This document shows positions 21,091 through 33,029 of a stretch of DNA of 41,732 bases, one piece after another. The notes beneath the pieces are model-generated. The model saw nothing but the letters and a program-made list of their open reading frames with translations, did not search any database and was not told where the DNA came from. The DNA lies in contig NC_068981.1 of the NCBI RefSeq assembly GCF_001194135.2, forward strand, positions 86,767,031 through 86,808,762, read 5' to 3'. How positions within the stretch are numbered: the first letter of the stretch is position 1; every line of letters starts with the position of its first letter. Origin of the DNA: Octopus bimaculoides. Lineage: Eukaryota. Made by a program: the position numbers and the translations under genes.

Positions 21091-21369
21091 GTGTGTATGG
21101 GTTTGTATTTGTGTTTCGAAAACTTGATCTCTGCATTTCCTCCCGTAATACGTATTTAAGAAATGAAGAACACTGAGATCTCACATCTCTCTGTCATTCT
21201 GTCACTATCTCTCTCTCTCTTATATGTTTATGCACGTGTCTGTGATGTTCAGTGTAAGAGGCATTCAATTCTACGTCCCTTGAAAAAAAGTAAACAGCAA
21301 ACAATAAATCTAACGTGGTATGAGTAGTGACGAAGATAGATAGATAGATAGATAGATAGACAGACAGGT

Positions 21370-21538
21370 ATTGATAGAAAAGGTAAGACAACAAAAGAAA
21401 GAAAGAAAGAGACCTCGATGTTATGTAAATAGAGGAATTTATCTGTAAATAATATGTGAGAATTATTCGGTAGCTATGATAAAATTCCGGCATCCGAAAC
21501 TCGGAGTACCGAATAATTGTCACATATTATTTACAGAT
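21370..21538 (-). mobile_element. Family P1 terminal repeat with fold-back junction and half hammerhead
   Basis: 21370-21484 matches 6066-6178; 21441-21472 and 21507-21538 are inverted (31 of 32 identical); the spacer holds the HHR 3' half CCGGCATC C GAAA CTCGGAG TA on the plus strand. Confidence 0.8.
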
Positions 21539-21729
21539 ATATATATATATGACGGCTTTCTTACAGTCTTCCTGTGTATCAAATTCTCCTCACAAGATAT
21601 TGGTGAACCTGATAATCTCAAAACAGTAGAAATTTTCTCTAATTGTCATGAAGGGTGATCGAACCTGGAATCGAATCACACGATGCACATACATACACAT
21701 ACAAATACAATCACACCTTCCCACCTGTT

Positions 21730-21772
<43 letters not shown>

Positions 21773-22043
21773 NNNNNNNNNNNNNNNNNNNNNNNNNNNN
21801 NNNNNNNNNNNNNNNNNNNNNNNNNNNNNNNNNNNNNNNNNNNNNNNNNNNNNNNNNNNNNNNNNNNNNNNNNNNNNNNNNNNNNNNNNNNNNNNNNNNN
21901 NNNNNNNNNNNNNNNNNNNNNNNNNNNNNNNNNNNNNNNNNNNNNNNNNNNNNNNNNNNNNNNNNNNNNNNNNNNNNNNNNNNNNNNNNNNNNNCATACA
22001 TACATACATACATACATACATAAATACACATATATTTATATAT

Positions 22044-22095
<52 letters not shown>

Positions 22096-22144
22096 TATAT
22101 ATACACACACACACATATATATATATATGTGTGTGTGTGTGAGA

Positions 22145-22576
22145 GGGAGAGAAAGAGAGAGAATCCAAAAATGGGACAAGAACGCAACAGGCGGCAACAA
22201 AACATCCAGACAGATGATACAGAAAGGGACAAGAAAAGACAAGGACGGATCATTCGAGATCCAGATTATCTTTGCAGTTTCGGCTGGTTATACTCGAGAC
22301 TCCTCCAGTCTGGCCAGCCCCAAGGAAATTCTAAGCTAAGAGCACTAGATTCCTTGGAAGAAAGCAGCGAATGTATACGAAAATAAAGACGAAAAAAAAA
22401 CCGGAGAAATGGTACACGATTACAAATGCAAATAACAGGACATTAACAACAGGTGTCTTTCGACTAAGGACGAATTTAATTAAGCTGGCGTGTATGAAAG
22501 TGAAGCCTTACGGCAGGGACATAGGAGATGACAGGCATGGGAAGGAATATAGACGGGCAACAGTGGGGTGGGTGCC
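22145..22576 (-). mobile_element. Probable inverted terminal repeat of the Neptune-like Penelope element
   Basis: Directly upstream of, and opposite to, the GIY-YIG fragment; partly homologous to 10870-10988; degenerate HHR-like ccagccgaaactgc at about 22275-22290 (minus). Confidence 0.5.
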
Positions 22577-22925
22577 TCTCACACGCACCCATCATCGTCC
22601 CTATCATATCACTGACTCCTTTACTTGAAATTGTAGCAACATCATTTACTGCGCTCCCTGCTCTTTCTGTCCTTCTCTGTACATCGGTCAAACGGGACGC
22701 CGATTGGCTGACCGGTTCGCGGAACACCTCCAAGACATAGGACTCCGAAATGACACCCCGGTCTCGCACAATTTCCGCTCTAGCGGTCATTCATTACAAC
22801 ATCTGTCTGTGTTCGGATTGTCTTTGCACAGCGTTCATCCGGACTCCTGCCTTCGCTGTGAACAGGAATTAATCTTCTCTCTTCGCTCCTTTGCATCACA
22901 TGGGCTGAACTCCCCTCCTCTCCTC
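22577..22925 (+). pseudogene. Penelope-like (Neptune-type) GIY-YIG endonuclease fragment
   Basis: HRPYHITDSFT*NCSNIIYCAPCSFCPSLYIGQTGRRLADRFAEHLQDI..PVSHNF..GHS..LSVFGL..RCEQELIFSLRSFASHGLN. The IY, YIG, R, E and GLN residues are retained. Confidence 0.92.
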
Positions 22926-23058
22926 TCTTCATCTGACACATACTTCCTCTCTTCACTCCTACCCACCTCTCTTCATTGATACTCCCCTACATCCACACTG
23001 CACTCCAACACATCTCACTCGCACATACCCTACCCCTACCTCCACCCCTCCACCCCAT

Positions 23059-23166
23059 ATCCTTACCCATCTCCTCATCCTCACCCACCTCCACATCCGC
23101 ACCCACAGCCACATCCTCACCCACCTCCACATCCTCACCCTCCTCCTCATCCTCACCCACCTCCAC
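23059..23166 (+). repeat. 18 bp minisatellite (atcctcacccacctccac x6) within a C/A-rich tract
   Basis: Units start at 23059, 23077, 23095, 23113, 23131 and 23149. Confidence 0.85.
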
Positions 23167-23619
23167 ATTCTCACTCCCACATCTTCACCCCAAACCCACA
23201 CCCAACCTTCACATCCACACACCGCTACACCCCACCACACACCATTACACCACGTCACCCCACCCCACACTACTCCACACACACTAGCACTGACCACTTC
23301 CCAGCACTCACACCACACATCATCATCTGCACTCTCACATGCCATCACCCGCACACTCACACACCATCATCCACACGCCCACACATTACACACGCACACA
23401 CACACACGCACATATCCACACGTCAAAGTCACTACTCCTATCCACTCGCACACATTTACACACTATCACATACTCACACACGCACTTTCGTTTGGGGATC
23501 ACCAGTACTTTGTTATCTCCCCTTCCTAGCTCTCCTGTCAAACTATCTTTTTTTCAACCAGTCGCCATGACTATTTTTCTGTAAATTTCAACTATATATA
23601 TATATATATATGTTTGTGC

Positions 23620-23683
<64 letters not shown>

Positions 23684-23713
23684 TTGTGTAGTGTAATATA
23701 TGGAGTCATAAAC

Positions 23714-24034
23714 TGGCACTCGTCGGTTATGACGACGAGGGTTCCAGTTGATCCGTTCAACGGAACACCCTGCTCGTGAAATTAACTTGCAAGTGGCTGA
23801 GCCTTCCACAGCCACGTGTACCCTTAACGTAGTTCTCAGGGAGATCTGGTATGACACAGAATGTGACAAGGCTGGCCTTTTGAAATACAGGTACTACTCA
23901 CTTTTGCCAGGTAGACTGGAGCAACGTGAAGTAAAGTGCCTTGCTCAAGGACACAACGTGTCGCCGGGAATTGAACTCACGACTTTACGATTACGAGTGC
24001 CGAATACCTTAACCACTAAGCCACGCGCCTTCAC
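23714..24034 (-). mobile_element. SINE family C (CORE-like), full length
   Basis: Reverse complement: gtgaaggcgcgtggcttagtgg (A-box), gagttcaattccc (B-box), gtccttgagcaaggcac core, tail ccgacgagtgcca. Confidence 0.92.
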
Positions 24035-24251
24035 GATATCACAGAATTGTGTGACTATCACAGAAAGCTCTTCTAGTGGACTCGGCTAGCAGACCACTTA
24101 GCAGACCACCTGTACGGCAAAACATAACGTAGAGTTTTATGCAGCTGAAATTGAGGAGATCCGATCGATGAGATTATTTTATGTGGAGTATATAACCCAT
24201 GAAAACTTATGTTGTATGAGAGGTGAATATATTTATTTAGCTACTTGTCCT

Positions 24252-24292
24252 CCTCGGGATTACGGTCGTTTCGCACGACCGTAATCCCGAGG
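24252..24292. other. Perfect 18 bp GC-rich hairpin with 5 nt loop
   Basis: cctcgggattacggtcgt-ttcgc-acgaccgtaatcccgagg. Confidence 0.95.
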
Positions 24293-24452
24293 TAGAAAAC
24301 TGTTTGCGTGGGCTTGATTAATCCCTGTCGATCTGCCTGGATGAAGTTCTTTGTTGTAAAGCTCGAAAAATACAGCGACCTGAGGATACAGCACTGACGA
24401 TGTGTTTAAGATTGCATCCGTAGATGTATGTTGAACTAAGAAATTTTATGCA

Positions 24453-25668
24453 GGCGCAGGCGTGGTTGCGTGGAAAGAAGCTTGCTTTCCAACCATATGG
24501 TACCGACTTCAGTCCTACGGCTTGACATCTTGGACAAGTGTCTTCTACTACAGCCTTGGGCCCACCAAAGCCTTGTGAGTAGATTTGGTAGACGGAAACT
24601 GAAAGAAGTCGAAACTGAAAGAAGGCAGCGAGCTGGCAGAAACGTTAGCACGACGGGCGAAATGCTTAGCGGTATTTCGTCTGCCGTTACGTTCTGAGTT
24701 CAAATTCTGTCGAGGTCGACTTTGCCTTTCATCCTTTCGAGGTCGATAAATTAAGTACCAGTTACGCACTGGGGTCGATGTAATCGACTTAATCCCTTTG
24801 TCTGTCCTTGTTTGTCCCNNNNNNNNNNNNNNNNNNNNNNNNNNNNNNNNNNNNNNNNNNNNNNNNNNNNNNNNNNNNNNNNNNNNNNNNNNNNNNNNNN
24901 NNNNNNNNNNNNNNNNNNNNNNNNNNNNNNNNNNNNNNNNNNNNNNNNNNNNNNNNNNNNNNNNNNNNNNNNNNNNNNNNNNNNNNNNNNNNNNNNNNNN
25001 NNNNNNNNNNNNNNNNNNNNNNNNNNNNNNNNNNNNNNNNNNNNNNNNNNNNNNNNNNNNNNNNNNNNNNNNNNNNNNNNNNNNNNNNNNNNNNNNNNNN
25101 NNNNNNNNNNNNNNNNNNNNNNNNNNNNNNNNNNNNNNNNNNNNNNNNNNNNNNNNNNNNNNNNNNNNNNNNNNNNNNNNNNNNNNNNNNNNNNNNNNNN
25201 NNNNNNNNNNNNNNNNNNNNNNNNNNNNNNNNNNNNNNNNNNNNNNNNNNNNNNNNNNNNNNNNNNNNNNNNNNNNNNNNNNNNNNNNNNNNNNNNNNNN
25301 NNNNNNNNNNNNNNNNNNNNNNNNNNNNNNNNNNNNNNNNNNNNNNNNNNNNNNNNNNNNNNNNNNNNNNNNNNNNNNNNNNNNNNNNNNNNNNNNNNNN
25401 NNNNNNNNNNNNNNNNNNNTGTGTGTGTGTATGTATGTATGTATGTATGTATGTATATATCAATGCATTTGTCTTTGTGCCCCCACTGCCGGTTGACAAC
25501 CAGTGTTGGTGTGTTTACGTCCCCGTAACTTTGCGGCTCGACAAAAAAGACCGATGGAATAAATACTAGGCTTAAGAAATAAGTCTTATGATCGATTTGT
25601 TCGACTAAAAAATCCCTTGGAGGCAGTGCTCCAGCATGGCCGCAGTCAAATGACTGAAACAAGTAAAC
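24453..25668 (+). mobile_element. SINE family B, split by a nested family A copy and a gap
   Basis: 5' half at 24453-24608, 3' half at 25420-25668. Confidence 0.8.
24624..24818 (+). mobile_element. SINE family A, young copy, 3' end lost in the gap
   Basis: Near-identical to 1628-1853. Confidence 0.92.
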
Positions 25669-26759
25669 GACCAAATAATTAACAGCAATATGCAGTTAAA
25701 CGAATTTGAGTTATTAGCGATAACTTGGGAAATTTCAATACGTTGTTAGTAGTAAGCTCTGTTACACGTGGCTATGTTACGTGTGTTGCTGATATAATAA
25801 TCCAGGAATAAAAGAAAAAATATTTTTTTACTTACCACGTGATCTTTGTACACAAAACTAGCCCAAAGTATTTATTTTTCTTATAATGTATCCGTGTGAC
25901 AATCGTTTAGCTTTCTCACCATGCGGTTTTTCAATTCCTTTTGTTGATATTCTTCAGTTATAGAAGCTAAGCAAAATTTATACGTCCCGCTCATGACTTT
26001 CACATAACTTTGGTCATGTATGCATGACCTCTTGCTTGAAATCTGTATTTCTGCAAATGTTATCTTCAGTATAAATGTGTTCACTATTTATTGATGAAAT
26101 ATAACAGATAAGAAGATTGCAGTGGAATCTGAACGACGACAATTTTAATCAATCCACTGAATCGGGATGAAGAGTTTAAATAGAGACATTTTTTTTAACA
26201 TCTGTAGGTTGTAAACTTCTCTGACTTCTGTCATTTTAACTTAACATAAAAACAGAATCTTTCGCAATCACTTTATTCATATCCAGTTATATACTATATC
26301 CAATTTTATGCTATATTTCGCCGCTTTTAAATACTAAAAATTAGGAAAAATATACAAAAAATTGAAATTGACTTTATTTACACATGCAATAAACTGATCA
26401 GTTTCCTTTTGAAAGTAAGCGATTAGGTGTTTCTAAAAAATCATGCAGTTTTCGGATGTATAATTAACTGGAATTTTGTGCTGTTAAAGTACACTTGATT
26501 GTCTTGTCTTTACAGGTAGATATTTGCATGGTCTCTATTAATAGAAGTTGTATGGCATCAGATGTCTACTCTGCGATTGGTTGAAGCTTGTGAAAAAGTT
26601 TGAGTTGAGAAGACTGGGTATTAGCACGCGCGTGTATGTTTGTATGTGTGTATGCGGTTATCAGAAACAGCAAGGTGGTCATTAATATACAATTGAAATT
26701 AAGGTAGATTAAAGTGGACAGAATGTACATCGAAGACCACGTCAGCGCACAATAAAAAG

Positions 26760-27870
26760 AAACTGATTGACAAGGAAACATCCTGTCTGAGAGATGAAAG
26801 ATGAATAGATCCCGTAGAAGTACATCTTCATTGTGAGGTTTTCATGTCAGACAGTATCGAACAGTTTATTGATGCTAAAAGAAAAAAGAAAGTAAAAAAT
26901 CGATGACATGGATTTTTCTGAAGTTCAAGAAACTAAAAATGAGTGAAGTAGAAAAGCAAGATTTCGATAGAAGTGAGTTCACAGAAACCAAAACGCTTGT
27001 CATTGAAAAAGGAACGGTTTTGAAAGATATGATAGAGAGGTTTGTTTATGACCTCTTCACATCATGTTAGAGGTGTGAGCGATATATCGGTATTTGGTAT
27101 GGTTAGAGCAGTTGTTCTTGTTAACACGACACGCTATCATGAGTTTTTGCAGACTAGGATAGCTTGATGTTTGTGAAGAGAGAAATATTGAAAAGTTTAT
27201 TGAGCAGATGCAGTAGCTTAGCAACGCACATTTTTGCGGAATAACAAGACTGATACTTTTGGGTTGGATTTATCACAGAAGTTTTGTACTTAGGAGTTGT
27301 GTAAGTAGGATTAGAGAGATAGAGTTGGAAATTACAGTATGTGTTCTGTGAGAATCAAAAAGAACATAAAAAATTAGTTGTAAGATGTGTGCAGCACTAT
27401 TTTCATTGAGGTAAGTAAAGTTAATAAATATTTTCTTGGCAAAAACAGAATTTAGGAGATGAGAAAGTCTGCAGTTTATGTGGTCCACAAAGCCAGCCTT
27501 TCGTGACTTCCATTTTGATGACATTCCACTGGTGGGAAAAAGTGTGAAAGCCAAGTAGTTCTGTGTACTGGAGATCTAAGCTACGAATTGTGGTAGAAAT
27601 CCTCAATACAGATGTTGGTGCTTAAGGGTGTTCGGATTGTCATGGAGTCAACAAATGGTTTTAACAAAACGGCAAGTCAAATTTTAAACCAAAGTAACAG
27701 GACGCTTGTGTATCTCATGTCTATATGAAAGACGTGAGGCGTGAACAGAGTGGCTTCTACGCCTGTGAAAACTTTTAAAACCAAGTTGAGGTATAGATTG
27801 TAGCCTGAATAGTAGAAATAGAAATAAAAATGCGAAGTTGTGTCTCAGATAGGAGTAATATCTGTGGTAA
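26760..27870 (-). mobile_element. Ancient CR1/L2-like LINE relic (APE plus RT N-terminal motifs)
   Basis: PQILLLSETQ at 27867-27838 (APE); ISLT..EEVINKPL..FNDKRFGF; INKLFDTV*HENLTMKMYFYGI at 26876-26800 (decayed ISKAFDRVWH.LL.KL..YG). Confidence 0.68.
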
Positions 27871-27887
27871 GTCTGTTTTTCTTTTTA

Positions 27888-28085
27888 TTATCATTGTTGT
27901 TGATGTTGTTTATTCTCAGATCATTTCTGATCGAGTAAAACCATGAGCATAGGCATACCATCCATGACCAGCTCGTCATTTATTTGCAGTCGGCGGACTA
28001 CATTATTCATTGTGACTTCCATTTTTTAAAAGAGAGTGTTCTGATTTGAGGGAGAACCAGCTGCTCTTGCTATGGATTAGCTTGT
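27888..28085 (-). mobile_element. SINE-like family E, degenerate
   Basis: (GTT)n-like tail at left; gatttgagggaga..ctgct block shared with 28905-29175, 38855-39050, 40432-40635 and 40985-41190. Confidence 0.55.
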
Positions 28086-28904
28086 TAATTGTAGGTGGTG
28101 ATGAGGAAAAATGTTGTTAATGTAGACAAAAGAGAATTATCCAACGGAATTAGTGTTGCTCTTCTTTTTAGACTTATTTCTTAGTTGTGAAGTTAGTGTT
28201 TTGGTGATAGGAAATAATTGCTAGTTTTTGTATGACTAAGTAAAGAAGTAATAATTATATATTAGGATAACTTTGTCTTTCATTCTTTACGGATCAATAA
28301 AGATACAATTCATGGTGGATTGGCAAAAATTGTTAAGGTATCGGACGAAATGTCTTGTGGAATTTGTTTCGGCCGTTTGCATTCTGAATTCTCGTCGGGT
28401 AGACTTATTAATCCATCAACGGTTTCGTATAATTACTTCCTGATCCTCGCGTGCCTTTAGCAAAGTTCACCCTGCCACAAGGAACTGAATCATGTTTTCG
28501 ATTTGAGACTAACTTCTCTTCCTCCAACCAGCCTTCGAGGCCTTGAAAAAATAAAGGGTTATGAGTGTTGTGCTTCCATTCCTAACTAAACGAGACCCTC
28601 CACTACACAGACAAAAGAAAACTAGACAATAACCCATTATTGATAACTTCTCTAGGTAGCAATATTAATACACGAGAATTAAATTCACGTGCAGTTATAC
28701 AAGACTTTCAGCAGTCCAAAAGCCTATCCTTTTATCGTTAACTAGATCGCTTCTACTCAACCCAGATACGATTATGATATATATGTGAAGTCTGGTGTAA
28801 AGCAAATATGAATAAACATAGGAATATTGACTGGCATTGCAAGGGTGTCAAATGGCGTCTTCATTTAGGTTTTACATTAAAGAAATATGAATATTCACAG
28901 GAAC

Positions 28905-29175
28905 AAGGTTGTCGTCGTCGTTGTTGTTGTTGCTGTATATTCCTGGTCTGAATTGGGCGGGGTCGTTGCTCTCAGTTTTCCTGGATCGTAGTATTGGATT
29001 GTATGTTCCTTTGACTGTTTCTGTAATTCGATTTCTTTCAACATCAGACTAACATTTAAGCTGTGAGCAACCCGTCTTCTTTTGGGGGCACATTATACTC
29101 AGTATTTATTAAGCATAGTCATCTTTTTTTAAAACGGCAAAGTGAAATTTGAAGGAGTTTTGGACACTATTTCTA
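28905..29175 (-). mobile_element. SINE-like family E, degenerate
   Basis: (GTC/GTT)n tail; ccgtcttcttt, ttttttaaaacggcaaagtgaaatttgaaggagttttggacactatttcta. Confidence 0.55.
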
Positions 29176-29499
29176 ACCGACTCCATAGGGACTTTTTCGT
29201 TCATTTGAGATACTCAGTTTTAAGTCAAAGTAATAATATGCAACGCTACTCTACTAATTGCCCTAATATTGAATCGTATCAATCAAATTATGTAAAATAT
29301 ATATTATATTTGTTGAACAGTTTTGAATTTCATCGATATTGCTATTGCGAAAATTATGAATTAACTTATGAACTGAAATGGTGGATCTTTGGTAAACATA
29401 TGCTTTCCTTTATTTTATTCACTAGTATTTTTCATGCAATATGATAATAGGAATATGAGTAAATGTTGATGCAGTTAATGTTCTGTTAAAAACTTGTGT

Positions 29500-30020
29500 T
29501 TAGAAGAAAATATCAGAACAATGCATTTCTGTTTGAAATAAATAGAAGAAATATTAAGGTTTGTAACTAATATAGCGAAAAGTGATAGAAGGAAAGACAG
29601 GTGCATCAAATGTAATTAGTTAAGAGTGGCATTAAGCTGTGATATTTTGTAAAGTAAAGATAATCTTTCGATGTAGTATGAGCTATGATAAATATACAAT
29701 CTCTTTGAAAGGTTATAAAAGATTATTAGGAAAAGAATACAATACTTTTGATTGTATATTATTTACAAATAGAAGAATGCAGCCTGGGTGTTTCTCTTGA
29801 ATCTGTAGAATCCTAAATTTGGTTTTATTAAAGTCTGCAGTAAACGATGTTGTGTAACTACACATTCATGAAAGATGTTTAAGAATGCTAGGAAAACAAT
29901 GTTGTTACGTATATATGAAATCAGCAGCATAATAGTACGGTTAAAGTTGATAGTGAATGAATCATTAATACAGTGAATAGTATAGGACAAGTAAGTATCA
30001 AATGAAGGGGAAAAAAATGA
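29500..30020 (-). mobile_element. Very old LINE RT C-terminal relic
   Basis: Minus-strand pieces LSYTI..INDSF, YYAAD and RFKRNTQ resemble LSP.LF..INDL, SYADD and FN..KTQ; heavily decayed. Confidence 0.4.
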
Positions 30021-30568
30021 AAAAGACGTTCTTTTTTTGTAGTGTAGTTTATACTTGTTATCTGTACAAAAGGAGCTTTGTCTTGTAAACAGCTTGTTCG
30101 GCGCAAACCTGTTTCTTGAAAGAGCGAGTTATATGGAGTGATGTAATTTATTGTCATAAACAGATCATATTGAATTTAGAAAAAAAAAACCCGATTAATT
30201 AACCAATCTGAATTTCAAAAGAAATCATGCTCTTGCCTCAACATGCGCTGTACTCCTCTGCTTTTGCTGCTCCTTACGTCTGACTGATATCGTGTCACCT
30301 TCACTTAGATACTTCCCATTCACTCATCACTCCTCTCCTCGTTACCGGTGATGTATGTTCTCACTTCAGGCTCCGCACTAACCCCTACGTACATTACTTC
30401 ACTCGTTCTCCCCATTGGAATTCTCTCTCCATACAAAATTTTCCTTCGGCTGTCAAATTACATCTCCTCAATAGGAACGTTAACCATATTAGTCAGACAG
30501 GTCATTGACCTTGGGAAGACCTCCTTTCATCCAAAGCAGACCAAAAAACAAGAAGGTCGAAGCTGTTA

Positions 30569-30985
30569 TCTTTTACCTTTTACTTGTTTCAGTCATTCGA
30601 CTGCGGCCATGCTGGAGCACAAACCTGACGGATTTAATCGAACAAATCAACCCCAGTACTTATTTTTAAGTATGGTACTTATTCTATCGACGTCTTTTGA
30701 CGAACCGCTAAGTTACGGGGACTTGAACAAACCAACATCAATTGTTAAGTGGTGGTGGGACACAAACACGCGTGCGCACACACACAAATATACATATGCA
30801 GACACCTATATATTATATATATATGATGGGCTTCAACACAGTTTCCGTGTACCAAATTCACTCACAGGGTATTTGGTCGGCCGGGGACTATAGTAGAAGA
30901 TGATTGTCCAAGGTGCCAGGCTGTAGGATTGAACCCAAAACCCATTGGTTGCAAAACGAACTTCTTAAACACACATTCATGCCTG
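30569..30985 (-). mobile_element. SINE family B
   Basis: Starts ttttacttgtttcagtcattcgactgcggccatgctggagcac; has gaaccgctaagttacgggga, an internal microsatellite and core tgtccaaggtgcc. Confidence 0.88.
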
Positions 30986-31097
30986 TGTTTGTGTTGTATA
31001 CAATTTTTTTTATGTAAGGGGGTTACTATTTTTATGTACGGAAGTTAATATTGTATTTGAAAGTGTAGAAATCAAAATTGTACACAGTTCTATATGT

Positions 31098-31192
31098 AAG
31101 AAGGCTGGAGGGTATATCAGCTGAAACGTTGTGTTAACAACAAACAAGATGAGGACAAATATCCGTCAATTTTAAATAATGTAAATAATGTT
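31098..31192 (+). repeat. Probable Penelope-like terminal repeat fragment with 5'-truncated hammerhead
   Basis: ..AAGA A GGCTG gagggtatat CAGCT GAAA CGTT; the CTG of the core and stem I are missing. Confidence 0.45.
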
Positions 31193-33029
31193 CAAAATTG
31201 TATTTTTCTCTTTTCTGAAGCGGTCAAGGATACGAATTGGAATGAAGATAAGCTGGTGTAATCAATCATAACATTGAACTTTTCGACTCTTTCGCAACCT
31301 AGTCGAAAAGTTAAAATTATCAGTGACATCATTAAAATCAAGAGTTTAAAAGCTATTTTTTGGAGAGCGCGGTGGGGGAATTACAATGATACAAATGACG
31401 CAAAGTAAATGTAGGCTCTTTGTCACTTTTTAATCACAGGTCAGCTGTAATCAAGAAGATCTTGATAAATGTGTTCCGACCATGACGAACCCACATTATT
31501 TTCATGCTATACATCACACACTGAATTATCAAATGTGACGGTTTTTCTATTTTAAGACAGTAATCTGTAGCTTGAGGGGAAATTTAACTATTACTTTCAG
31601 TAAGTTGAATGACTATCTTGAGGTTCCGTTTTCTTTTCGTTGTAAGCGCCTATTTTTCAATTGTAGACATATCTTGCACTAATGCTCTTGAAATTGGCAT
31701 GATCACGCAGTCACCTTCTACTCTTCAAAATATACTGAAGAAAGAAATTGGGTTTATCGGTGTGAGCTGCGGAAGCACTCGTAAATGTTTAGTGTTCTCA
31801 CTGTTTGTAGTAGAGTGTTTCACCATCACAGACTAAATTCGAACTACAAAACTTTCGGTTTGTTTGCCGGTGCACATTCGACTAAAGAATCGCCAACAAC
31901 TAAAGTTGCCATTTTTATTTTGTGTATTTATCTCAAGAGTAAACCAGTCAAGCGAAACATCTTAGAAGTCGTTAGTATGAACATTAAAGGAACTAAAATC
32001 GTTCAACCAGGAATTGAACTTAAATTGTGAATTTCACTTACAGAAGTTTTACTAAAATTCTATAGCTTTTGAATGACGTCCATATTAAAGGTCCTAAGGA
32101 TAAAATGTATACATTAGCAGAGCTGACCAAAGATTTTCATCAACAGCAACAAACAACAACAAGAGTTAACTGAAGTGTGAAAATTGACCACGCAAAAGAT
32201 GTATTTTAAAAGAACTACTGAAAAAAACAAAACAAAAAGAAAAAGAAATTATTTTTAACAAAACTACTTTATTTTAAAAGATACTGAGCAACTAATTAAT
32301 GCTGTATGCGGGAAAATATTGAATTGAAATTTGTGCTATGTATTCCAAACAACACAGTAATTTTATATTACGGAACAGGTAGGAATAGAAAATGAAAACT
32401 GTGAAAGTGGATTGTTTGTTGCAAGAAAAACAGCTTTCTCTGACGGCGGATCATCGATGTGAATTGGGAATAAGAGTATTGCTATCAGAATAACCAAAGC
32501 AACAAGAATTTTGCTTAGAACAAAATCCATATATTATTATAAACATTTCTATTTCATTTTAAGTATTTCTATAGTTACACTATGGTTGATGACAATATTA
32601 TGAAAGCCATTTTGGAACAGTTCTTTAGTTAGTTAATCTATATGTATTAAAGAAGGTTGACATTTAGAAAGAAAAACTGTAAATATCTTCTTTAAGATGG
32701 GGATTAATACCAATGGGTCTTAGCAACTAGGTTTATTTGATATTTTATCATGGCTTGTTCATTTTTCTCCTGTTCGCTTTCACAAGTTATGCAGTTAAGA
32801 AATTAATCTCGAGTAAGATATCTCAGCGATACAGCAACAGCATTGATTGGTAACTATGAGAACGCTGAGGAAAATGCTAAACAAATATTTAATTCTACCA
32901 TCTTTCATTCTTCTTCATCAGTGTGTAGTTTAATATAATATTGATTTGTCACATTAACACATTGCAGAAAATTGTAAAGGGTGGGAGTGCAGTTGTTCAA
33001 ACTGACCCTAATATATAACTGGTTCTTAT

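Noticed and set aside
22959-23360. ORF with MRRWVR repeats (and SSSPTS repeats on the other strand)
   Set aside because: Translation of an 18 bp minisatellite in a low-complexity C/A tract.
23990-24034. tRNA genes at SINE heads (also 33794, 34234, 37530, 1628)
   Set aside because: A and B boxes are present, but there is no cloverleaf or acceptor stem, and each continues into a SINE body.
24394-24425. CTGACGA tgtg..gcatc cgta as a hammerhead
   Set aside because: GAAA is absent and the stems are poor.
26495-26620. Possible host exon after ttgtcttgtctttacag
   Set aside because: All three frames hit a stop within about 25 codons and there is no recognisable protein similarity; a non-coding exon cannot be excluded without RNA data.
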